Assembly: GCA_008632985.1 (NCBI GenBank)
Contig: QPGO01000033.1
Location: 372,001 to 436,000, forward strand
Length of the DNA stretch: 64,000 nt
Source of the DNA: Psammoneis japonica
Lineage: Eukaryota
Direction: 5' to 3'
Positions 1 to 13,009 of this stretch are shown here, piece by piece. Under the pieces are notes generated by a model. The model was not told the DNA's origin. It did not search any database and saw nothing but the letters and a program-made list of their open reading frames with translations. A program made the position numbers and the translations under genes. Each line of letters begins with the position of its first letter. Within the stretch, counting starts at the first letter, position 1.

Positions 1-3000
1 GTAGGCTGCCAGGACGATTTCACGAAGCTCGAATACGACTCGAAATAAGCGCTTGCTGCTCTTCTTCAGAGTTTTGTCATCCGGAAAATAGGTCTCATAA
101 GAAGAGGCTTCTATCTCGAATAGAACAACTGAACATCTTGACAGCGCACGATGAGAATGCAGCACAATCGCTAGGACTAGGCGGTCAAGGGGGGCTGTAA
201 GGTCTTGGAAAGCGGCAGAGTACCCTGCTAGCGCAACCGATTCTCGGACCAGTTCAAGTGTCCAGTGAAGAAAACAACGTAGTCGGCTGCAGCACTGGAG
301 AAACTTAACGCTGATGGGTTCGAGATTACACTGAAAGCAAACACAGAAGATTTAAGATAAACCAATTGAAGTCACAAAGGTATCACCCAACAGCGAATTT
401 ATACTTACCAACAGGATCAGCGATGCTCGGACGAGCGACGCAAGGAGAGGGCCCTGCGCGAGCCCAACCCTAGATTCTGTTCGTCTAACAAGCGCAAGTC
501 CATGCATTTGTGAAGTCGAGACCGATGCGTCGAGAGACTCTGTGAAGATGAAATCATCTAGAAGAAGCAGCAACTCCGCAGCCAGCGTTACACATACGCG
601 GCGAGAATTCTGCCTTGCATCACGACTCTTCTCGGATCCGTCGCTCTCTCGGTCTGATCTGAACGCCGTGCACGCAGTGATCGGTATCGCAGGTACATTC
701 CCATCGGGGAGGCGAATGCCATGCAGCCCCCCAGACCATACATCTAGAACCGATGCGTTTTGATTCTGGTAATCGAACATATCACTTACGCCGCAACTGA
801 ACAGTGTAGGCAGTAAAATAAGGTCAGAGAAGCGGCGGCATCCATCTGAAGATGGCAGGGGGGGGCTTTAATGCCGGTACGTACCCACACTTCGTAACCA
901 CAGCTACAACAACCGCGGTTAAATGACGCAAGGACCTCCAATGCCGAGTTGCGGATGCCATATCCATACCATTAGACCCGCTCGAGAGAATGGCCTTCGT
1001 CACGATGTTCGCACTTTGCTTTAGAGGGCTATCAGCTGAGTCTCCTGTCGTTGATAGCTTTTCCACGTCCAGAATAGTGCCATTTTCAACAAGATTGAAC
1101 AAAAGATGGCTTAGGACTAAACATAGCACCTGCTCTCCGTTCAGACAGATGCGTTGCAGAGATGCTGTAGTCTCAATGGCCTAAAGAGAACACATTTGAC
1201 CGGATGAAGATGCTGTAAGCAATTCGAGATCGAAACTAAAATGCAAGCCCTGACCATCGTAAGGCTTACCTTCTCGTTGCCTTGCCGAATTGAGTGACCC
1301 AACAGAGTTGCGTACAGTTTCAGCGAAATGTTGTATCTTGACTCGAGGCAGTGGTTCCTCTGCTCGTTGAAATCTACACAGTCGCCATTCACCGCTTTAT
1401 CTGGCCTTTCACTACCATGTGACAGCACTCCATTACTTTCTAGCTTGTCTCCGTTGCTTTCGGCGGGAGTCGTTGGGAGAGAATCAACACCAGGTGAGCC
1501 TACATTTCCTTCGTTGATTGTATTTGTCAATGGCTCTTCTTTCCCCTGCTGGGGAGCCACTGACAATGTGGATGGAGTGGTAGAGTCTTGGCGACTGACT
1601 TCTTCGATGGATGACACTGGGGCGTGAACCTCATCTAAAATTTCAGAAATCAAAATGAACAAGCAAGGCTGCCAATCCAGGTTTGCTGCCAGCAATGAAA
1701 GGCTCGGCCGATTCTGTTCGACCAAATCTAAAATCTGTTTCAGCCACCTTTCCTTCATTTCATCCGGCAAAAACCGAAGGAGGCGTAGGACTGTACTAAT
1801 TGCGGGAGAATCGCGAAGGTTGTGAGATGAAAGTGATCTTGCTTCTTCGATAAATGCGCCAGCCCAATCAGTGTTCAGATTATACCCAATTCCCAAGATA
1901 TCATTGGGGGTCACAAAACCATCCAATAAAAATCCCAAAGACAACGAAGACGTGAACTGGTCGTCCAACAGTAGGTGGTACGTAGCAGAGTGAGTTTTCT
2001 CTTGTATTCTGGATCGATGGCATTTCAGTAGATGCCAAAGCAGCTTATATACAACTTGGACATTTAGTTTCGAAGGTAAAATCGCACCAGCCATGATTCC
2101 AGCGTTGGCCAACCCTTTTCCTACTTGATTCAGCATGTCGAACGCTCTCTTGTGCACCTGCGGAGAAATGTTCCCAATAGGCCCGTCTTTGACGAGTGCG
2201 GGGATCGCATCAGCTACCGCCTCTGGTACACTAACATTGAAAAACGATTCAGCCGCTGGAGCAACTATTTCCAGATACGCGTCCAAGCATCGCACGCCTA
2301 AAGACCTAATGCCGTCGTCGAAGGAGTTGACCATGGCGCAAAGAAGCCACCCGGCGAAGCCAGAAGTGCCTCCGCAGCACGTCTCAACACATTCAAAAAG
2401 TTCTCGAACAACCGGGCGGCCTTGCAAAAGGAAAAGAAGGATCGTGCAAGCTTTTACCGTCGTCAGGTACCTCTCATGTCGAGAGGCTTGGCGTGCAATT
2501 TCGCCACTCCCACCTTGCACCTGAAGTGAGTCCTGCTCCCAATCCCTGTCCAAGTTGAAAGATATGTAGCTAAGGAACGAGGAAATGTGCTCCGGAGTTG
2601 TCCCTGAAGCCATTACTGTCATTGTCATGGCCAACATTATATCAATCACATGACGTCGCTCGCATACCGTTAAGAGGGCACTTTCGTCGAGGCCGGAGCC
2701 TGAACTTCTATCAAAGAGGGTTGTTTCCGACTCACGAAAAAACGGTTTTGCGTCCTCCTGCACAATTAGACCACATTGGAATGTTGAGAAAGGGAGTGAG
2801 AAAGATGTCCTGGGGTGGACAGAAATGCGCAAACACGCTACGTACCACTGATTCGCCGATGTTCGTAAACCCATTCAACGACTCAATGATATCTCGAATG
2901 CCGACACAATCTCGTATCTTCTCAGGGTTTGCCTTTGTAATTTCAGAAAGAACTGGCAGTATTACGGCATAAAGGGCGACCCCCGGAGATCGATTGGGTT

Positions 3001-6000
3001 CGCCAAACCAAAGTGGAATGTTGAATAAAAGACGAGAGAGAACTTTGGTTTCGATCCCAACGTCATGAGAACAAGCCAAGCGTAGGTCTAAAAGTGAATC
3101 AAGAAGTCGCTGTGCCAAACCGGGATACAGACTCAAAACGTGCATCAGCGTCCTTCTTTGTTCTCCTGAAGTAAACGCTTTTTCGTCGCCGTCCTCATCT
3201 GATGTTCGTGGAGCACCGTTCTTTTTGTTTGTAAACAGCATATGTTCCGCAACGTCAATCCCTCCGCAACGTAACGTTTCGCGTGTATTTTCCGAATGAT
3301 TTCTCAAGAATGAGGCAAGCATAGTAAGCAGATCCGGAATGATTGTATATGTGATCACCTCGTCAAAAGGCAAGTCGTCTTTTGAGGTAATGTCAAGCCA
3401 CTCCTGCTCGATTTCACCTGAAAGCATCGTGCGGAACAAAGGTAATACCGCTTGAATACTACCAATGCTTGCAATAACTTGTTTCGGTCCTTCTATGTAC
3501 CAGGGCTGGACCTTGTCCAAATCCATTTGGACATGAGCTCCGGCATGAAGTTCAAGCGTCATTGGCCCTTCGGTTCGCTTTGGATCCCACACGAGAAAAA
3601 GTTTGGAGCTTAACGCAGCTTTGGAAAGTTCCTGAGGCGGAACATTTTCTTCGTGGGCTTCCTCACTTCCCAAGTCAAACACATGCGCCAACATGTTGCC
3701 ACCAACGGAATGTTTAGAGGAGCTTCGTTCTCTTCCGCTCTCTTCTTTCGTCACAACCATTTCATCAGCATCCGCCTTGGTCATGTCCACTGAAACCCTT
3801 TTGGCAACAGCGCCACGATTGGAGTCCCATGCGCCTTCCGCATAAGAATCGTCTTTGCTTACCCCTCCTCTCCCTCGTGTAGCAACGAACAACGCTCGAA
3901 GGGTAGCTTCCGAAACATGGTCATTGAATACATAGAGGGATCCCGTCTGTCCATCAAAGTCAGCACCAAAGGTAGCGGTAACGTTCAAAGTAGCATCTTT
4001 TGCCGAGTGTTTGGACGCGGATCGAATCAAGGCTGGAGGCAACAGCTTGGAGGACGATCCAGTCAATTGAGAGGAATCCGCAACGTCAGGAAATTGCAGT
4101 TCTTCTGTCAACATGACCTTGCCGTCAAGCATTATGGAGAGCTGTTGGCGAGTCGAAAGGGAGAAAACGCCCTGAAGCCTTGAACGAGTGTGACGTACGG
4201 CAATGTGGTACCAAACCTTTGGCAGCAAAACACATCCCTTTAGGACCACTCGATGTGAGGAATCCGTCGAGTTGGAATTCTTTACCGTTACCGCCAGCAC
4301 CGCAACATCGGCCTCATCTGTTGGTGACGCTGCCTTGTTCGTCGTTGTTGTTTCGAGAGGTAGCAGCGACACCTCAATACCACCTCCATCGTGCGTAAGA
4401 AAGCTCAGTAGTGTAGGATATCGGAGTGGTGCGTCTTGAGCGGACCCAGCAAAACGCTCGGCGCGAAACCAGACCGCCATTCCAAAGTCATTTCGAAAGG
4501 GCCAGGCGGACAAAGATTTCAAGTTGCGTATTATGCCCGGGCCTCGTCCAAAGGAATAGAAATACAGGGGTGGACAATTTGTCTTTCCCACTCTCTGCTG
4601 CGAAATAGAGGCACCCTCAGCGGCGGTGGTTAGAGCACGCACCAATAGCAGCTTTCCAATGGCTGGAACCCGAACGCTTGGAGCACCAATTTCGGATTCG
4701 TCCGCCGTGGCAGTACTTGAACGTAGTGGGCGATGTACAAGAGACAAAATCCGTCGAAACTCCTTGACCGACACACCAGCCGTACACACGAGCCCAAGCA
4801 ATCGAATGACGGGCGCAATCAAATGATCGTTTGGAAAGGCTTTACTGTCAGTCGAGGCGTCATCTTGTTGCTCCAGTATGGCTTCCAACAGTTCCAGCAA
4901 GGCCGTCACGGCACTGTGTTGACCAAGATTCAAGTTTGTTGAAACATTCGTATGTGCCACGCCCGACTTTGCCTTTTGTTTGCCCTTGTTGCGGTTTTTG
5001 CCGCTCTGTTTCAGAGCCGACACGGACCAATCCGATGCACAACGAAATCGAACGACGGTATAAATCTGATGAGGATTCTGTTTGGCTATTGTTTTGGAAT
5101 GGGCCCACTCTCTCCTCTTGGGCATGCTGCTGGTGGTTCGTTTGTGGCGTGAACCGCTACCAGTAGTGTCCTTGCAAACAACGGGCGAGACTGGATTTGC
5201 GTCTTGTTTGTTTATAAAATGAAATTCTTGTTCCCACCAGTCGACGCATAAAAGGCACTCCTTGTTGTATTCCTCATTGGTTTCGTTGGTCAAGAGTCGA
5301 ATCAAGATTCGAAAAAACGCCAGCTGAAAGGCCTTGTCGAGTTTTAAAATGTAATTTCGCACGTTGCGACACAATAATCGAATGACGGCACTTTTGGGTT
5401 TGCCCGACATTTGGACAAGGACGTCGGTTGGCAATGGTGTCGCCCTGTCCAGGTGTGGTACCTGAAATTGTCGGGGGTCGTGGTCACCGCGAGCGCGTTC
5501 CAAGTCCAAGACTTGCCGTACTTGTTCCAGAGACGGGCTGGGTTCACAAAAGGTGGCAAACAAGGAATACAGCATTTGTTCTTGATCCGACTTTTCGTTT
5601 CCTCTGTAAGCACTGTCTACAGGCTGTGCGGGTACATTGTCGGTGGTGGTCTTGCGAGTCGTGCTACTCTTTCGCCGTGCCATCATGGACTGAAAGAGAG
5701 CTGCTTTCAAGTCGCTTTCCGTTTGGAAGCGTGACATTTCTTGACAAGAAAGAGGCAACGCACCACACGATTTCAATAAGGATTCCGTCTTGTCGACTGA
5801 AGCGGGTGGTGCATCACTATTTGTTGTCGTCGTCGTTGGTCCGCTCTGCTGTGAGTCTACTGCGTCTGGTATTTTCGATTGTTGCTCCTGTACGCTTTCT
5901 CGTGGCATAGAAGAAGATACTGTTTCTGCGGTTTGATCCCGTGGAGCTCCCTCTACAAACACTTCCAAATCGCCAATATCGATCGACTGGGAAGCAAAGA

Positions 6001-6646
6001 GATCCACAGACGGTCGACGAAAGGAACTTTCTCGCCTTGCAAGCCCAAGACCACTTTCTATAATTCTGGCAGTACCGTGTTGGTGGTGCTCTTTATCATC
6101 ATGCTTTATAACCTCCATAGATGCACTCTCCATGTAATCCACCGTTGCGTGTCGCTTCATGCCGGATCGTTGTGGTTTTTCTTTACTGTTGTTGCTGCTG
6201 CAATCGTCCGTATCATCGTCATCGTCTTCTGGAAACAAAACGCTGTCTGAGGGAAGTCCGAGCTCAGCCGTCTTGATGGCTGCTTCTGTTGCAATTTTAA
6301 TCATTTCCTCATTCGTCATGGACTCATCGTCGTCGTCGTCTGTTTCAGCCTTGTCACTTGCTTTGCTGTGAGTACCAGTGTGGGTGGAATTCGAGTTTGA
6401 TTCCATCACATCGTCTTGTTTTTCCTGATCTTCCAAATCCTCGGGAATGTTGAGAATCCCATTCTCATACTCTGCAAGATTGTCATGATCACTCTCATCT
6501 CCGTGTCTAAGATTCGATGTGGTTGGCGTGATGGACTCGGATTCCTGCAGCTGCAGCAGCGAGTCGTCGTCGCGAACGATGGTCCGTTCCGGCGTTCCTG
6601 TTATGGGTCTTTCCGAAGAGTCGTCTTTATCATTCTCTTGATTCAT
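1..6646 (-). CDS. Neurobeachin/LRBA-like (BEACH-family) protein, N-terminal part; multi-exon, 3' end outside the window
   Basis: ORFs 2732-6646, 1141-2874, 824-1129 and 352-780 join through GT-AG introns at ~2758-2845, 1181-1269, ~797-884 and ~331-408. A ConA/LamG-like segment (WPFRNDFGMAVWF...KVWYHIAVRH...FDGQTGSLYVF) is followed by 'VIASIGSIQAVLPLF' and 'LLFNIPLW', as in NBEA/LRBA N-terminal regions. The BEACH domain itself is not in the window. Confidence 0.8.
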
Positions 6647-7088
6647 TCTCGCAACACTCTACTGTATCTAAGAACAAGCACAAGCTATAAACACCGTTTA
6701 CTGTAGCAGCGCAAAAGGCTTGAGGCCATTGTCGATCACAGTAGGGCCCTATGTAGGATCATTCGACGCGATCGACATCGACGACGACTTGCCCGCGACA
6801 TTTTTGGATTTTTCATGACGTCAATCATATATTCGAGAGTTATAAACTTAAACTCATTTTTTAATATTCAGATACTTAGCATTAATACTTTGTCTTTCCT
6901 ACGCATTTTTCACGTAGAAAACCCCGGGAAAATGGGTCATGTGCTCATTTTCCACGTCAGTGCGAACGAAAAAAGCAGGTAGGACGCCGACGCGAACAAC
7001 ACAAGCAACACACAACAAACCAATGCGAAGCAACACGAGACCTTATTGTTGCTGTCGTTATTGCATGTAACTTACAAGAGGCAAGGCA

Positions 7089-8012
7089 ATGGATTCCGTA
7101 ATCGACAATATGTATAATCTACTCAATCCGCTGGAATTGACCTTTGGAGTTTGGTGTGCAGGACTCGTGACGAAATCGATTCTCATTGGTTTGTTGGATG
7201 TTCTAATTCTGGGATCACTCTATTTGCTTTCCTATCGCAAAATGCCATCGCGAGATCCACCCATTATGAAGGGACTGGTGGAATTGGGACCCATGGATTG
7301 GACCTTTTTGACAGTCAATCAGAGCATTGAATTTGTCTTTGTATGTCATTTACTCAATTTCATCATGACGTCGCAACATGTGGAACGATCCTGGGAGAGT
7401 ATGAATCTAATCAATGTGGTGGTGCCCATGTATGCGATTCTCATGTTGGATGATTTCTTTTATTATTTTGGTATGTATCGGTTTTGAGTGTGGGGATTGT
7501 ATGATTGTATGGCTACACACACTCACTCGCTTTTGTGTACAACTCATTCTCTCTCTAACTCTCTCTACTGTAGCCCATCGAATCATGCACATGCCCGCCT
7601 TTTATCCATGGTGTCATAAACACCACCACAAACAAGCTTTACCTAAACGTGGATATTTGGATGCTGCCAATGAGCATCCCATGGAACAAGTCATTGCACT
7701 CTGCATCTTGTGGGGTACCTTACAAATCATTACAAAACCTTGTCGGTACACGCTCTGGGCATTTTTTTGTTTTTCATCTTGTACGCCGCCACGGCAGTGT
7801 TGAATCATACCGAATTTGATGTCGAATGCGGAATATTGGGATACTTTTATTCCGTCCGTGCACATGAAATGCATCATCGATTTCCTCAATGCAATTATGT
7901 ACAAACCTTTATCTGGTGGGATGTCTTGTTTGGATCCTATCGTGAATACAAGGAGAATCCAAACTTCAAAGGGGCGGCGAGTGACGAGAACAACAATGTC
8001 AAGAGTAGTTAG
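7089..8012 (+). CDS. Fatty acid hydroxylase / sterol desaturase family membrane enzyme
   Basis: Histidine boxes HRIMH, HKHHH and HEMHH, plus HPME. Intron 7471-7573 (GTATGT...TAG) gives YYFA|HRIMH. One 1-bp frameshift near 7740, probably an assembly error. Confidence 0.85.
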
Positions 8013-8099
8013 TGTGTAATTCGTTCTTGATTGGAGTATTGTGATTCTTTTGTGGTTCTCTAAAGAGAGAGGCTCTAGTCTAGCATCGTTTGTAGCCCC

Positions 8100-11000
8100 G
8101 GCATGTCAACTTCATGCAATGAGAATCACTGTTTCGACCACTGTCATCCTTGATGCGGAACGCTGCAGTCGTTTTCCTCCTCTGCTCGCACTTGGATTCC
8201 CCTTGCTGCCACCGCCGTTGTTGCCACTGCATGCAAGGACCTGCCAAATTGCTGCTTTCTCTTGGCCGAAGTGCCACTTCAACCACCTTGCGTGTGGAAC
8301 CTCAGACTCAAGCCAAGCAGGTCCTCTTGTCCCACCTCTTTGAGTTGCTCAGCTGGCAGTCCCACAATCTTTCCATTTCCCACCTTGGGATCATTGCCCA
8401 GCACAAACACTCATGGCTTGACCAACATGTCAGAGAGAGCCACCCGGTCCTTTCAATGCAGTGTGTGTGTTCGAATCAAACTCTTCTCATGCAATGGGAA
8501 GGTCCACGATGATCATGCTCAATCTCCCAAATGTCCAAACCATGTGCATCAACACAGGTTGCAATGAAAAGCATTTTCCAAATCAAAAGGATTCCAGCAC
8601 ACTGCCTCTTGTAAGAATGTGGTCAATTGCCATGGTGTTTGTGGCTGCAGTGGGAGTTGGGTGTTCCGGTGTCCTCGTCAGCACTCAAGAATGCAGAACA
8701 GAGAGACAGCAGAGGAGTGCACAAAACATGTCAAGCAACAACCATGAACTCTGATCATTCCCATTGTGCTCAATCACATGGCAGCCAACAACTCTTTTTA
8801 AATGCTCTTCATTTTTTGTCAGCACCAGGCTGCAGCATGTGCTCCTTGGATCCATCAAATGTGAGTTTCTTGGGAACTGCAAATTCCAAAAAAATGGCAT
8901 TTTCTTTTGTGGTTGTTGTCAGTTGGCTTGTCTTGTGTAACTCTGTTCTGGCACACCTTGGTGGCAGTCTTCTGCACCAAAGAAGGGGTGGATGATCTAA
9001 CATCCGGTCACTTCTGAGTGGCAGGATTTCTTGCCCCTGACACAAAAATGTCCTGTCTGACATGCAACACCCCTTCCTGCTGACACATCAATTGAATGGT
9101 GTTTGCAAGAAGTGCACTCACTTGCAGCAACAACATGAATGCTTGGGGCTTGCAACCCATTCCAAGGATGAGGAAAAACTGAACATTGGTCCAAGAAACA
9201 ACCCAGCCAGTCATTTGATTCATTGCAAATGAGTTGTTGTTGTTGCTTGCCTCATTGTTGCTACATTGATCATCACCAACACTGCTCTTCATCTTGTCTG
9301 TGTTTTCCTTGTTGGAGTCATCATTGCTGTCTTCACTGCTGCTGCTGCAGTTGTTTTTGGTGCCTCTCTTGGGCCTCCCTTTGGGTCTTTTGCTGCACTG
9401 TGCTTCCGACCCACTTCTCTGTCAGCCTCATCAGCCTTCTTGTCTTTTTTGCAGGTGTTTGTTGCCAACTTGCGACCTTTGCCACAGCACCCTGAGCCTC
9501 CTCTCTTGCTTGAATGAGGCTGCAAGGACTCAAGAGTGCTTGCCCCCATTTGAAAAAAATGGCACAACAACAAAAAAGCATGTTGTTGCGCTTTTGCCAT
9601 TTGCTGGCTGCAGCAGCAACAGCACAACTCACCCATTGAAAAAGCTGTGAAGACAAGGACAGCATTTTGCTGGGGTTGATGATGAGCCATGCACTGCATT
9701 TTGGTTTTTTGTGGCAGCTGTCTCTGAACTCAACTTTCAACGAAGTTGGCCAGCCATGTCAACCTGCCAGCATCCCAGAAACACCCCAGTCAATTGTTGC
9801 CAATGACATTTTTGTGAATCTCATCTGCCTCACATGCAAAAGCTGAGGACATTGAATGTGGCAAAACATGTGCACTTTTTAGCACCAAAATGAGCAAAGT
9901 TTTGTCAAAACAAAGAAGCTCACAATTTTGTCAATCTCTCAATGCTTGACATCTGAAATGTGCCTCAATGTTGTCCAGGGTTTTGCCGCACAACAATTTG
10001 CGAGCCCTGGCTCAGAATGTTGCCTGCGCCACTTGTCAACTCTTTCTTGGGATGTGTTGGATGTGACTGGCTGTTGCACCCCCCAAAACATGACACATCA
10101 CAGCACACTGAGGTTGGCACGGTCGCTGCTGGTCTCTTGCCCACACAGCCACTTGTCACCCTTGCATTTCTTGGGAAGAAAAGAAAGACTTGAAACTTGA
10201 CGACCTTGTTGCTGCTGCCTGTGGTGTCAGAGGTCAAAATGGAGCACACCAGCCAAAATGTTGCAGACCAAGGTGGGTCCAAGGGTCTTTGGTGGATGTC
10301 AGTCATCCCAAAGAACCATGGCAAACAGCTTCAGGGTGAATCTCTTGTCCATGCAGCCACTTGTCACTTGAGCAGGAGATTTGAAATTGATGCTGCCAGA
10401 GCTGCTGTGATGCTGGGTGTGTCAAAATGGGGTTCACCAACCAAACAACTGTGGCCCAAAAGGTTTGAGGGTCTTGGTGATTGCCAGGCATCACTTTGAG
10501 AACCATGGCAGGGACAGCTGCAGGCAGGGTCAATCTCTTGCCCATGCAGCCACTTCTCACTTGAGGAGGACACATGAAATTTGATGCTGGCTGTGGTGCT
10601 TGACATCGAAATGGGGCCAAAGTGCCAAACAGCCACAGGCCAAAGGGTCCCAGAGTCTTTGGCAGGCATCAGGCACCATTTTAAAAGCCATGATGAACAG
10701 CTGCAGGGTCAATCTCTTGTCCATGCAGCCATTCTCACCTGCATGCCTGGGAGAGGAGACTTGAAATGTGATGCTGGATGCTGGTGGCTGTGGTGCTGGA
10801 GGTCAAAATGAGGCCCGCCAACCAAACAACTGCAGGCTGAAGGTTGAAGAAGGGTCTTTGGCAGGTGCCAGGCATCACCCCAAGAACCATGGTGAACAGC
10901 TGGTGCAGGGTCAATCTCATGCCCATGCAGCTCGCTCTCACCTGCATGTGTGAGGAAGGAGGCTGCTGGAAATGTTTGGAAGCACAGAACCTGCCACTTG

Positions 11001-11150
11001 TTTTTAAATTAAATTCAAACAAATGATGCACATCATGCCATCCTTCTGCAAATGTGATTGTGATGCTGGAAACAATGGCAACAACAGCTGCTTGTCTGCA
11101 CAGATGTTTTTTGCATTCTCAACTGCTCTTTGTCTGCGTGGGTTACTTGG
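8100..11150. mobile_element. CpG/TpA-depleted degenerate repeat block A (decayed TE; possible copia-type integrase fragment near 8830-8900, minus strand)
   Basis: CG and TA are nearly absent, TG/CA is in excess and there is no coherent ORF. The minus-strand peptide FLEFAVPKKLTFDGSKEH resembles the 'EFGVPEKLTFDGSKEQ' type of copia integrase motif (weak). Confidence 0.55.
10225..10960 (+). repeat. Diverged tandem repeat, ~4 copies of ~180-200 bp
   Basis: The anchor cagggt(g/c)aatctc(t/a)tg(t/c)ccatgcagc recurs at ~10332, 10526, 10704 and 10906, along with gtcaaaatg and aagaaccatgg. Confidence 0.8.
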
Positions 11151-11933
11151 CGAACAGCGGTCTTGCATTTTCTTCACTCGATGCAGCCGCGGCCATCCGT
11201 GGGCTAATTCTCTGCTGTGCAGGTAACCTTTCGCTTCACATTGCAGTGTGCCTTGAAAAGGAAGCAACTCGAACACACCCATGTGTGGAAGCCTCCATCA
11301 AGAGATCTCTGACAGGTTCACAAGATTCAGTGAAAATGCTGTTGACATAGAACCATTCACCAGAATTCCTAAAACCAAGCTTGGAACTCAAGAGACTTGC
11401 CACCCGCTGCTAAAACCTTTTCAAGGCACCTGAAACAGCACCTCCAGAGAGCTGCCAAGGCACGTCGTGCTTTGGTCGATGCGACGAGAACGGATTCTGC
11501 ACAGAAATTTTGGTCAAAGTTGGGATCTCTTGTTGGGAGCCAAACATGGATTCTTTTGCAGTTGTCATTTCCATTCCACGGTTGGAAAAAAAAAACTTCC
11601 GAAGAGATGCTCGTGAGATTGTTTTGGAGCGTAGGGATTGCGGACATGTTCTTTTCTCCCAGTGCTTTGGTCCAGGATGCAATTCGACTAAGAATCTGAT
11701 CGGCTCTCTTGCCCGTGCAAGACAGTGGTTTGCTGCTCAAAGGATCGTCAAAAACGTTGCAGAGACGTCAACACTACATGTGAGTAGAATATTACTGTTC
11801 TCCGCTTTTGTCAGGCCTGTGTGCATCCGTGAATATCGGGTAAAGTCTCGTTTGTGATATAATGCAGTACCACATATAGAAAAAACTCAATCTCATATTG
11901 CGAAAAGCATCTTCTACGTACTGTACATGCTTT

Positions 11934-12926
11934 CTAGTCAAATTTGCTTCCATGAATCACCTTGACATGATCTGAGAGAGGGACAAGTGGATTAGGCGTT
12001 GAATGGTCAGCGTACCAATGCGAAATGTGAGAAGTCACGACACGGAAAAACTGACGATAGCCCGCTTGTTTCTGTGGCAATGCTGCATGAGGAGTACAAT
12101 CCGTCATCCAAACGAGTTCATTGGCCGCTGGTGTAGAGCTTGTTCCTTGCATGAGACGACGTAAATGATTGCACCCACCATGGCGATCAACTGTGCCTGG
12201 GACATTCTTGTCGACGAGAGCATCCCACAATTCACTCGTATCGCGGACGTTGGAGGCCATGTAGATGCCTCCATAATATCGATCGGGCTCACAGAACATA
12301 CCCATGCCCCACGGATGCTCCTCACCCAGATCAAACTCTGATGCGTTCGGGTCATCGGAAAATACCCCGGGCGATTCAATGCGGAGTCCCTGACGTCGCT
12401 GGGCATCTCCGGCTTGCACCAAACTCTCGTGAACCGTCAAGTAACCGACTTGGCCAAGTTCTTCTTTCATGTGTGGACACTTTTCTATGCAGCTGTCATG
12501 GTAGCACTGAAGATAATCAGGGAGTGATTCCTTATCTCCAAATCGAAACGGCATCATGTTTACGTTTCGGTCAGCAGGCTCTGGGTATTCCACAACTCCA
12601 CACGACGCCCACGCAACGGATCCTGTGAGAGAGGGCGCGACAAAGGTTCGTTCGGTCCATTGGGGATAGCTTCTACCCCGAGGAAAAATGTGCAACCAAA
12701 AAGTGGCAGCCTTTCGCAGTGCCACAACAGAGCAATTCATTCTAAAGCCCACGACACAGGCTCTTGTTTTGAAAAAGGATGAAGGGGTACATACCGAATT
12801 TTGTTCCGTTCGACCGGGAGGTGGAGCCAGAGGCCGGCCACCGCAACAACCAATCGGAAGAAGCCCTGAAATATTCAAGCGCCGTATAAAAGTGCCAGCG
12901 GAGTTTGCCGTACACGGCTGATGCAC
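11934..12926 (-). CDS. Conserved hypothetical protein with a possible 2OG/Fe(II)-oxygenase-like fold; start uncertain, possibly degenerate
   Basis: 330-aa ORF with motifs NMMPF, YLTVHES, RRQGLRIESPG, GGIYMASNV, WMTDCTPH and RQFFRVVT...STPNP. The N-terminal part looks frame-disrupted. Confidence 0.55.
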   Translation of the reverse strand: MHQPCTANSAGTFIRRLNISGLLPIGCCGGRPLAPPPGRTEQNSVCTPSSFFKTRACVVGFRMNCSVVALRKAATFWLHIFPRGRSYPQWTERTFVAPSLTGSVAWASCGVVEYPEPADRNVNMMPFRFGDKESLPDYLQCYHDSCIEKCPHMKEELGQVGYLTVHESLVQAGDAQRRQGLRIESPGVFSDDPNASEFDLGEEHPWGMGMFCEPDRYYGGIYMASNVRDTSELWDALVDKNVPGTVDRHGGCNHLRRLMQGTSSTPAANELVWMTDCTPHAALPQKQAGYRQFFRVVTSHISHWYADHSTPNPLVPLSDHVKVIHGSKFD

Positions 12927-13009
12927 CGTTCACTACTACTGTAGTCCCCAAGATGCTTCAGGCTACTAATAAAAGAACAGAAACGGCCGGCTCTTACGGT
13001 ACAACGACA

